This document shows positions 55,301-64,000 of a stretch of 64,000 bases of DNA, piece by piece. A program made the translations under genes and the position numbers. Position 1 is the first letter of the stretch, and every line of letters begins with the position of its first letter. The stretch comes from an uncultured Candidatus Saccharibacteria bacterium (GTDB taxonomy: Bacteria; Patescibacteriota; Saccharimonadia; Saccharimonadales; JAGQNJ01). The notes under the pieces were generated by a model that did no database searches, was not told the DNA's origin, and worked only from the letters and a program-made list of their open reading frames with translations. The DNA lies in assembly GCA_964584895.1 (NCBI GenBank), contig CAZPAW010000002.1, positions 130,748-194,747 of the forward strand, given 5' to 3'.

Positions 55301-55792
55301 CTATTTTTTGGAGCTAACTTTTTTTGAGCCTTTAAAATAAGATCGAATTTGGAATAAAAAGTACAGACTTACCGTAAGGCCAATTAAATTCCATAATAAA
55401 TTAAAAATTGCTCCAGCACCTATGTATGAAAGAGCGTATAACACACTGTATGCAAACCAAGCCAACTCACCATAAAATATTAAATCCCATCCACCGGCCT
55501 GTTTAGCCTTAAGTTTTGGGACAGCCATTCCGAGAATTACCAAGTATGCAACTAAGGCAAGGAAAGAAATCCAAGCAAAAAATACATATTGTCCCGCACC
55601 TACAACAACTCCGACCGATGAAACGATACCTAGCACAGCTAATAGTCCCAAAGCGCCAAATACACCAAAAATAAGTCCAACTACCGCAAAAATCCACACG
55701 TAATCAGCTAACCATTTTCTCACCCCTTCAGGCAGTTGAAAAGGTGCATTTTTAACTAGCATTTCGTTTAGTTTGTTTTCTAGATTTTGCAT
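55301..55792 (-). CDS. hypothetical membrane protein, 163 aa
   Basis: About 4 hydrophobic segments and a basic C-terminal tail. Confidence 0.6.
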   Translation of the reverse strand: MQNLENKLNEMLVKNAPFQLPEGVRKWLADYVWIFAVVGLIFGVFGALGLLAVLGIVSSVGVVVGAGQYVFFAWISFLALVAYLVILGMAVPKLKAKQAGGWDLIFYGELAWFAYSVLYALSYIGAGAIFNLLWNLIGLTVSLYFLFQIRSYFKGSKKVSSKK

Positions 55793-55872
55793 ATAACCTC
55801 CGTTTGTAATATTTGCATATAGTTATACTCCTAATAATTGCTTAGTACAACATTATATCAAGGTACAATAGG

Positions 55873-58800
55873 ATGAGCATGGATAACTACAAAGAACAAT
55901 TAGCATTACTTAATCCAGAACAAAGAAGTGCTGTTGAGCACACCGAAGGACCTGTTCTCGTTATTGCAGGCCCTGGCACAGGCAAGACACAATTACTTAG
56001 TACAAGGGCGGCCTATATCCTCCAAAATACTGATGCGAAAGCTCATAACATTCTATGCTTGACCTACACAGAATCCGGCGAATTCGCCATGAGACAACGA
56101 CTAGTAAATATTATCGGCCAAAAAGCCTACAACATAACTATTAGCACCTATCACGGATTCGGCAGTGAATTGATTAATAGGTTTCCGGAACATTTTTCTG
56201 ATTCAAATGATCTGATCGCGGTTGATGCTCTGGGAATACACTCAATCGTCTCAAAACTAATCGAAAAACTTCCATACGATAATCCACTAAAAAAAAGCGA
56301 ATATTATATAAAAGACGTCATCACAACTATTAGCGACTTTAAAAAAGCCTTACTAAAACCAAGCAATGTTCGGACAATCGCCAAATCCAACGCCAAATTT
56401 ATAAAACAAACATCGACACTAACTAAAGAGGTTTTATCTTCCGTAAATAGAATTGGCAAGAACTCTCTGCCTGCTTTTATAGATTTATACCATAAAACAA
56501 AAAACCTAGTGACTAACAAAGATCGGACGGGAATCCATTCACTCTCAAAAATATGGCAGACAGAGCTTCAAGAAGCTATAGAGAATGCTCAAGCCCTAAA
56601 CAAAACAACACCCTTAACAGAATGGAAAAACAATTGGCTAGAGAGAGACGATAACGGTCTTTTTGTAGTCCAAGGAAAATACTCGGCTGACAAGCTTATG
56701 GCGCTTGCAGATATTTATGATTCGTATCTTAAAGAACTCGAAAAACAAGGCCTGTTTGACTATGACGATATGATACTAAGAGCTATTGAGGGACTAAGAA
56801 CGAACAAAGCTTTACGGTTTTCGCTGCAAGAGCAGTACTTATATGTAATGTTAGACGAATTTCAAGATACAAACGGCGCCCAACTAGAGCTGATAAAACT
56901 ACTTACAGATAGCCCAGTATACGAAGGCACACCGAATGTTCTAGCCGTCGGCGACGATGATCAGGCGATATATAGTTTTCAGGGCGCAGATTATTCGCAC
57001 ATGACAACCTTTAAAAATCTTTTTAGAGATACACGCGTAATTTGTTTAACAAAAAACTATCGTTCACATCATCAGATACTCGAAACCGCGCATAATATTA
57101 GCTCGCAAATCGAGACTAGACTCCATAAAAGCATGGAAAATGTCAATAAAATCCTTACAGCAGAAAGCAGTAACATGCCGGCAAAGGCACACATAGAACG
57201 CCATGAATTCAAAAGTGATGTTGCTCAGTTTGCGTGGGTAACAAAGCAGATACAACATCTTATTAAATTAGGGGTTAATCCCAGTGAAATTGCCATACTT
57301 GCGCCAAAACATAAATTTTTAGAACCAATATTACCGTATCTCGCTAAAGCAAAAATTCCTGTACGATATGAAAAAAGAGAAGATATTCTCAGCGATCCTA
57401 AAGTAATACAGATTATCAAAATGTGTCAGTTAGTAATCGCGATGAAAAATAATGATTTAGCTCAGGCAGACAGCTTGTGGCCTGAAATATTGAGTTACGA
57501 TTTTTGGCAGTTTGATACTAAGGATATTTGGGATCTTTCGTGGCAAGCTAACGACTCGCGAATATCATGGACGTCACTAATCATGAAATCTGATAAATTT
57601 AGTCAGGTAGGGTTATTCTTCTTCCAACTAAGTAATATTTGCGCTATAGAAACCCTAGAATCAATTCTAGATTATATAACTGGCAACAAGGGAATTGTAA
57701 TTAGTAAAGACGAGAAAGTTCCTTTCGTTAGTCCTTATTTCGAGTCAAACTTTGGTGCCCAAGCAGAAATACACAAACGTCAGGATTATTGGGACCTTTT
57801 ATCAAACTTAACTGTTTTACGACAACATCTTCGAGAACATCGAGGAATATCAAAAAGGCAACTTTACTTGAATGACTTAATAAATTTTGTCGATGAGCAT
57901 ATTTCAGCCGACATAAAATTACTTAATACTAGTCCATATCATGAGCAATCCGACTCCGTTCAGATCATGAGTGCCTACAAAGCAAAAGGTTTAGAATTTG
58001 AAGCAGTGTTCATGTTAGCCTGCATTGATGAAGTCTGGGGCAGTAAGGCCAAATCTCAATCCTCAAAAATTCCGTTGCCTAAGAATCTTTTACACATCAG
58101 ATACAGCGGAGCATCAGACGACGAAAAGCTTAGATTGTTATTCGTAGCGATAACAAGGGCAAAACATCGTCTATACATGACGAGTTACGCTAATAACTAT
58201 TCGAACAGACCAACAACAAGAGTCAAGTATTTTAATGAAATCGATAAAGACAGCGCTATAGTCAGCGAAATACTCCCCATTTCAAAACAAAAAGTTACGC
58301 GAACAGACGTAGATCAACCTACAATCGAAGATCTTTCTTCTTATTGGGCTGACACCCATCTAAAACTAGTTCAAGATGTTCATTTCAAGGATTTATTAAT
58401 ACCTAGGCTGCAAAGATTTCTTTTGTCTCCAACCAATCTTAATGCATTTACGGATGTTGTTTACGGTGGACCTAAGTATTTTTTTACAAATACTTTACTT
58501 AAATTCCCATCCGCTCCAACACCAGCAGGGGAGTTTGGAAACTCGATTCACGAGGTAATTGAGTGGATACACATACAAAACATCAAAAATAACCACCTAC
58601 CAACAAAATCAAAAATACTAAAAAAATTTGACGACAGTCTATCGCAAAAAAACATTAGCAACAACGACCACAAACTACTACTAGAACGAGGCAGACAATG
58701 TCTTGAAACGCTTATTAATCAAAAATCTTCCCAATTCCACGCAAGCGATATCCATGAATATAATTTTAAAAATGAAGGCGTGCTTGTTGGGCCAGCACAC

Positions 58801-59208
58801 TTAACCGGAAAAATCGATAAGATGATTATTGATAAGGATTCTCGCACAATTACGATTATAGATTTTAAAACAGGGAAATCATTTAACAAGTGGAAATCAG
58901 GCGAGTTAAAACTTCACAAATACAAACAGCAATTGTATTTCTACAAATTGTTGGTCGAGGGATCATATACATTTTCGGATTACAAGGTAACCGATGCATA
59001 CTTGCAATTTGTAGAACCTAATGAAAACGGAAAGATAGTTGACTTGCATGTGAATTTCAATTCCAAAGATCTAAAAAGAACGAGAGATCTAGTGATTGCT
59101 GTATGGAAGCATGTTCAAGCACTCAACTTACCCGATATCAATAATTATAAAAAAGACTTGAGTGGCACGCTCCAATTTGAAGACGACCTAATAAAAAACT
59201 CCCCCTAA
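55873..59208 (+). CDS. UvrD/PcrA-type SF1 helicase fused to a C-terminal PD-(D/E)xK (RecB-like) nuclease
   Basis: Contains ...VIAGPGTGKTQ..., ...VMLDEFQDTN..., ...TKNYRS... and a C-terminal ...GKIDKMIIDKDSRTITIIDFKTGK...YKQQLYFYKLL.... Confidence 0.88.
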   Translation: MSMDNYKEQLALLNPEQRSAVEHTEGPVLVIAGPGTGKTQLLSTRAAYILQNTDAKAHNILCLTYTESGEFAMRQRLVNIIGQKAYNITISTYHGFGSELINRFPEHFSDSNDLIAVDALGIHSIVSKLIEKLPYDNPLKKSEYYIKDVITTISDFKKALLKPSNVRTIAKSNAKFIKQTSTLTKEVLSSVNRIGKNSLPAFIDLYHKTKNLVTNKDRTGIHSLSKIWQTELQEAIENAQALNKTTPLTEWKNNWLERDDNGLFVVQGKYSADKLMALADIYDSYLKELEKQGLFDYDDMILRAIEGLRTNKALRFSLQEQYLYVMLDEFQDTNGAQLELIKLLTDSPVYEGTPNVLAVGDDDQAIYSFQGADYSHMTTFKNLFRDTRVICLTKNYRSHHQILETAHNISSQIETRLHKSMENVNKILTAESSNMPAKAHIERHEFKSDVAQFAWVTKQIQHLIKLGVNPSEIAILAPKHKFLEPILPYLAKAKIPVRYEKREDILSDPKVIQIIKMCQLVIAMKNNDLAQADSLWPEILSYDFWQFDTKDIWDLSWQANDSRISWTSLIMKSDKFSQVGLFFFQLSNICAIETLESILDYITGNKGIVISKDEKVPFVSPYFESNFGAQAEIHKRQDYWDLLSNLTVLRQHLREHRGISKRQLYLNDLINFVDEHISADIKLLNTSPYHEQSDSVQIMSAYKAKGLEFEAVFMLACIDEVWGSKAKSQSSKIPLPKNLLHIRYSGASDDEKLRLLFVAITRAKHRLYMTSYANNYSNRPTTRVKYFNEIDKDSAIVSEILPISKQKVTRTDVDQPTIEDLSSYWADTHLKLVQDVHFKDLLIPRLQRFLLSPTNLNAFTDVVYGGPKYFFTNTLLKFPSAPTPAGEFGNSIHEVIEWIHIQNIKNNHLPTKSKILKKFDDSLSQKNISNNDHKLLLERGRQCLETLINQKSSQFHASDIHEYNFKNEGVLVGPAHLTGKIDKMIIDKDSRTITIIDFKTGKSFNKWKSGELKLHKYKQQLYFYKLLVEGSYTFSDYKVTDAYLQFVEPNENGKIVDLHVNFNSKDLKRTRDLVIAVWKHVQALNLPDINNYKKDLSGTLQFEDDLIKNSP

Positions 59209-59243
59209 AATCGGAGGAGTATTGCTGCAAAAGCTATAGTAAA

Positions 59244-59957
59244 TTATTTCTTTTTCTTAGCCTTGGCTTTTGTTTTTGTTGTTGTTTTACTGCTTGATGT
59301 AGATTTCTTTTTTGGTGCAACTAATGCCTTGATGCTACCTTCTGGCGCAAACAACAAAACGTACAAATTAATTCCGATGATAGCTCCAATGATTGGACCA
59401 AGTACATATGCTTTATCCCATGATTGAACGCCCAGAGCTGCTGCCGGGTTTAGGATTCCGTTTGATGCAACGCCTGCTAGTAGAATTCCTAGGAACAATG
59501 ATCCTCCAACTGTTGCTGCAAGTTTACCGCCTTCATATTTATGAAAAACAGCTGAGGCAATTCCAAACGTAAAGACAAACGTACCTAGGATTTCTGCGAC
59601 TAGTACCCTCCAATCAAACTGAGCAGGGGCGATACTTTGAACACCTTGAGTCACTAAATACTCATAAAGTTTAAATGTTGCTACCGCGCCCATGAATTGA
59701 GCCACAATATACAATACTGCGTCGAGTGATTTTATTTTTCTTACTGTCCACATTCCGATTGTTACGGCCGGATTAACATGAGCGCCAGAGATCTGGCCAA
59801 TCGTCATAACAAGAACCGCAAGAGTTGCTCCAACACCAATTGCTACAAAGTAGGGCACACCTACTGCAGAACGTGACACCGCTAAAATACTAAATGTTAA
59901 AATTGCTGTTCCGAAAAACTCGGCTACATACGCTGTAATTTGCTTTTTTGATAGCAT
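59244..59957 (-). CDS. MIP-family channel (aquaporin/glycerol facilitator) with Lys-rich C-terminal tail
   Basis: Two NPA boxes (...GAHVNPAVT... and ...GILNPAAAL...). Tail ...KKKSTSSSKTTTKTKAKAKKKK. Confidence 0.9.
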   Translation of the reverse strand: MLSKKQITAYVAEFFGTAILTFSILAVSRSAVGVPYFVAIGVGATLAVLVMTIGQISGAHVNPAVTIGMWTVRKIKSLDAVLYIVAQFMGAVATFKLYEYLVTQGVQSIAPAQFDWRVLVAEILGTFVFTFGIASAVFHKYEGGKLAATVGGSLFLGILLAGVASNGILNPAAALGVQSWDKAYVLGPIIGAIIGINLYVLLFAPEGSIKALVAPKKKSTSSSKTTTKTKAKAKKKK

Positions 59958-60025
59958 AGAACTTTTTCTCCCTTATTTAAATTTCCTTAATAAGATAATA
60001 CTACTTATAGAGGATATACTCAATG

Positions 60026-60916
60026 CTACTGTTGACTATCAAGAATTATGCCGTGCAATTCTTGGTTAGGGACAGCCATTGCGATAGCGGCTAACACAAT
60101 TTCTCTAGCATGGCGGGACAGTTCTGTCATTCTTACTGCATCAGGACCACTAGAAATTGCATTTTCTATTCTTTCTGCGTAATCCTCGGTATGTACAAAA
60201 CTATATTCACCAGTTTTTTCGTGTAGCGTAGTTTGATCCACAGTTTTTCCTGGGACTCGCTCTCTGATAAATGTTTTTCCTAAATGAGGCACATCTTCTA
60301 ACTGTTCTATGGCTTGGCCTGCTTCATCTCCGAGTACACGAGCTAAAGAATCCTCGCTCCAATTACTATATCTACCGGATTGATGCGTTTTTGTGGCATT
60401 ATCAAAAATTACTTCAGCTGCCCCCATATTATAAGAATCACCCATATTTAACTGAACTTGTGCATTAATTTCATCTCTGAGCATAGAAATGTTTCCTATT
60501 ACTACACCAAAGCTTGCATTGGCTGCGCAATGTCCATGACCCCCTGAAGGTATGCCAAATTCATTTATTAAGTCAGTAACTGTTGCAAGTCTCTCTTCTC
60601 CATCTCCACCTTCTTCATCGCCGTCGAAATATCCAATTAATTCTGCTAAATATAAGGCATATATATTAGGACCGCCAGTTGCCGATGGTCTCGCCTCAAC
60701 ATTTTTGCTTCCATCGAGCAATCCAACACGCGGTCTTTCGTCTATGCATGTTCCACGAGTATTATCATCGTATTCCCGTAAACACTCTCTGGCTGCCTCG
60801 GCTTGCTCCTCTATTTCTTGGAGCCCGATTGTTTGATTCCCAACAAGTTTAATAGGTCTCTCAAGGACAGTGGCCCCTATACTTTGCCTCTCTGATTGCA
60901 TTTTAAATTCTTCCAT
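60026..60916 (-). CDS. hypothetical acidic protein (about 296 aa); CxDxR and HxxC motifs
   Basis: Start chosen at MEEFKMQ.... The upstream 27 codons of the tracked ORF are Cys/Tyr/Trp-rich and look non-coding. Contains ...GTCIDERPRV... and ...SGGHGHCAANA.... No family recognised. Confidence 0.6.
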   Translation of the reverse strand: MEEFKMQSERQSIGATVLERPIKLVGNQTIGLQEIEEQAEAARECLREYDDNTRGTCIDERPRVGLLDGSKNVEARPSATGGPNIYALYLAELIGYFDGDEEGGDGEERLATVTDLINEFGIPSGGHGHCAANASFGVVIGNISMLRDEINAQVQLNMGDSYNMGAAEVIFDNATKTHQSGRYSNWSEDSLARVLGDEAGQAIEQLEDVPHLGKTFIRERVPGKTVDQTTLHEKTGEYSFVHTEDYAERIENAISSGPDAVRMTELSRHAREIVLAAIAMAVPNQELHGIILDSQQ

Positions 60917-61016
60917 AATTATTTTTTTCAAACAGAAATAATCATACCAATCTGAGGGATAAATGCAATACCACACATATAGCGTGACATATATCACATT
61001 TAAGCACCATATGTAC

Positions 61017-61025
61017 TGCTATAAT
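61017..61025 (+). promoter_or_regulatory. extended -10-like element (TGCTATAAT)
   Basis: TGCTATAAT ends 6 nt before ATG 61032 and there is no SD. This would give a leaderless or near-leaderless mRNA. Confidence 0.35.
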
Positions 61026-61031
61026 TGAAAT

Positions 61032-61394
61032 ATGGATCGAAATCGAAAAATGACTTTTTTAGATGGGGACGTAGATAGAGAAGTAGCGAATCAACTAATT
61101 AATAGCCTCGACAATAAGGCGGGTTATGCAAAATTTCCTTTTAATCAATGGCGGACTATACGCAAACATAACCCAGAATTAGCAAGGTTTGTCGTTTTAA
61201 CCGCCAATACTTTAGCTGGAGAGAGTCGCGATCCGGCAATAATCGAGGCTACTTCTAGAGCCATGTTAGGTGTGATTGCTTTATTGGAAGGCACGGAAAT
61301 GTCGCAAATACTGACAGCCGAATTCGGTGAAGAACTACAAGATTCGAATTATCCAGAGATTATCAAATCTTTTAGACAAAAATCAACTGGTTAA
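61032..61394 (+). CDS. hypothetical acidic protein, 120 aa
   Basis: Clean ORF, divergent from the 296-aa gene and convergent with atpC (stops 1 nt apart). No motif recognised. Confidence 0.55.
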   Translation: MDRNRKMTFLDGDVDREVANQLINSLDNKAGYAKFPFNQWRTIRKHNPELARFVVLTANTLAGESRDPAIIEATSRAMLGVIALLEGTEMSQILTAEFGEELQDSNYPEIIKSFRQKSTG

Positions 61395-61395
61395 T

Positions 61396-61830
61396 TTATT
61401 TATACTGTTTTTTTCGGCGGCGTTTTAATTCGGCGACTCGAAGGCGAGTTTGACTACGATCTAGCAGGTTTTGAGCAGCATCTAACGAGACTTGATCTTT
61501 AGCCTCAGCACGGAGTTTTCTCGCGTCTTCAATTGCTTTTTGGGCTTCAGCGGCATTGATCTCGTCTGCATGATCGGCTTCATCGGCCAGCACCCTAATT
61601 TCGTTATCTATAATTTCTATGACCCCGCCATTAGTAGCGTAATGTTCCATCATGTCATCAGGCTCATTGGACTTACTCCTAATACTAATAACTCCAGGGC
61701 TGGCAATGCTAATCAGTGGCATATGATCTTTGAACACAGCTATTATACCCTGCGGGGTAGGCAATAATACTTCGTAAGCCTCATCAGAATATTTAACTCC
61801 GGCGAGCGTTACAAGCTGAAATTTTATCAT
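61396..61830 (-). CDS. atpC: F0F1 ATP synthase subunit epsilon
   Basis: Begins MIKFQLVTLAGVKYSDEAYEVLLPTPQGIIAVFKDHMPLIS... and has a helical C-terminal domain with a basic tail. Confidence 0.9.
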   Translation of the reverse strand: MIKFQLVTLAGVKYSDEAYEVLLPTPQGIIAVFKDHMPLISIASPGVISIRSKSNEPDDMMEHYATNGGVIEIIDNEIRVLADEADHADEINAAEAQKAIEDARKLRAEAKDQVSLDAAQNLLDRSQTRLRVAELKRRRKKQYK

Positions 61831-62056
61831 TCTTCTCCTCTGATAATATTTGACCCAATATCTGGGTCATCCGCATATGGCAAGCCCCATTCAACTTCTT
61901 CAGGTACGACTGTATCATTAAATTCTGCCATCTGTTCCAACAAGCCCAATCTCGCAGCTTCTTTAGCTGCAGCCAAATCTTCCGTAGTAAAACCCTCCGG
62001 TAAACCATTCACTATATTTCCAACACGCTTACCGATCTCTTCAGGTATAAATCCCA

Positions 62057-62057
<1 letters not shown>
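61827..62057 (-). CDS. hypothetical acidic 76-aa protein encoded between atpD and atpC
   Basis: TAATG overlap with the atpD stop and ATGA overlap with the atpC start. SD GAGG 8 nt upstream. No motif recognised. Confidence 0.6.
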
Positions 62058-63481
<1,424 letters not shown>

Positions 63482-63691
63482 TTAATCTAATGTATTAACT
63501 TCTTCTGTTTTTGGAAGCGCAATCGATCCAATATTACGAAAAGTATTAACTATGGTATCTTTAGCAACCAACAAAACCCATTCGGCTGCGCTAAAGTCTA
63601 AATGTTGTCTTCCAGTTTCTTCTTCCCAGCCAGTCGAGGATATTCCTGTAACTCTTTCTCCATATTCAAAAAGCTTATCAAATGATATCAT
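63482..63691 (-). CDS. hypothetical acidic 69-aa protein immediately upstream of atpD
   Basis: SD GGGAG 8 nt upstream. ATGA overlap with the preceding ORF. Ends 18 nt before atpD. Confidence 0.55.
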   Translation of the reverse strand: MISFDKLFEYGERVTGISSTGWEEETGRQHLDFSAAEWVLLVAKDTIVNTFRNIGSIALPKTEEVNTLD

Positions 63692-64000
63692 CTCATATTC
63701 TCCCGAGTTACTGGCAATTGATTTCCGTCAGGATGCTCCCAGCGATATACTTTAACTGGATCATCAATTACTTGAATTTCGGGTAAACCAGCAAGTCTAC
63801 CCAAATAATCTTCATGTCCAAGAAAAAAAGTCCGATGAATTGTCTCGCTCTCAGTCGCTCTACCTAGTAAAAAAGTAACAGCTTGACTAATAGGTTCTTG
63901 AGCTACGACAAGCAATTCTTTTTGAAAAGCAAACTCATCCCGCATTAATCCAGAACAGTGATTTGCTTCAATCTGTTCGCGTGATTCTTTGTGGCCATGA
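63688..64000 (-). CDS. hypothetical protein, possibly 5'-truncated by the window edge
   Basis: The minus-strand frame stays open from 63688 to the window end (...HGHKESREQIEANHCSGLMRDEFAFQ...). An internal Met lies at 63945. It does not resemble AtpG, which would be expected here. Confidence 0.5.
   Translation of the reverse strand, partial: HGHKESREQIEANHCSGLMRDEFAFQKELLVVAQEPISQAVTFLLGRATESETIHRTFFLGHEDYLGRLAGLPEIQVIDDPVKVYRWEHPDGNQLPVTRENMR

Overview
This is an AT-rich, tightly packed bacterial chromosome segment with about 95 genes, many ATGA/TAATG start-stop overlaps and no rRNA, CRISPR array, integrase or transposase. Bases 1-14144 hold a streamlined S10/spc/alpha ribosomal superoperon (rplC to rpsI, with secY, infA, rpmJ and rpoA). 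It has no rpmD (L30), adk or map. Together with Lys-rich tails on housekeeping proteins, scarce biosynthetic genes, a type IV pilin, a sortase and an Rpf/LysM muralytic protein, this suggests a reduced Patescibacteria/CPR genome, possibly Saccharibacteria-like. That placement is an inference, not a computed result. The rest of the window contains: trpS, rluD-like, holB and a TPR protein (15.3-18.7 kb); a tRNA Thr/Tyr cluster, purF, tRNA-Thr, rpmG, an Rpf/LysM protein and tRNA-Trp (18.9-22.5 kb); a P-loop kinase, a YgjP-like peptidase and a lone histidine kinase (22.6-25.2 kb); secE-nusG-rplK-rplA and rplJ-rplL, interrupted by unknown ORFs, dcd and a tmk-thyX fusion (25.2-34.7 kb); dnaX, dnaB, ybaB, recR, nrnA-like and cysS (35.5-42.9 kb); an envelope block on the minus strand (AI-2E transporter, two GT4 enzymes, a hydrolase, two M15 peptidases); tRNA-Gln; a secreted Gly/Asn-rich protein with a sortase; gpmA, a 2-hydroxyacid dehydrogenase, eno, a pilin and VKOR; a 1111-aa helicase-nuclease; an aquaporin; and atpD/atpC. 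The strongest candidates for something undescribed are: (1) a 2-kb island of five orphan genes at 31.6-33.5 kb between rplA and rplJ, driven from one divergent promoter core through two back-to-back attenuator-like leaders with mutually exclusive helices and leader ORFs; (2) small acidic ORFs with good Shine-Dalgarno (SD) sites, translationally coupled inside the atpD/atpC and rplK/rplA operons; (3) a dcd + tmk-thyX fusion module; (4) truncated acceptor-stem copies next to three of the five tRNA genes; and (5) a sortase with a long basic N-terminus beside a substrate-like protein lacking LPXTG. No product of the orphan ORFs could be recognised from sequence alone.
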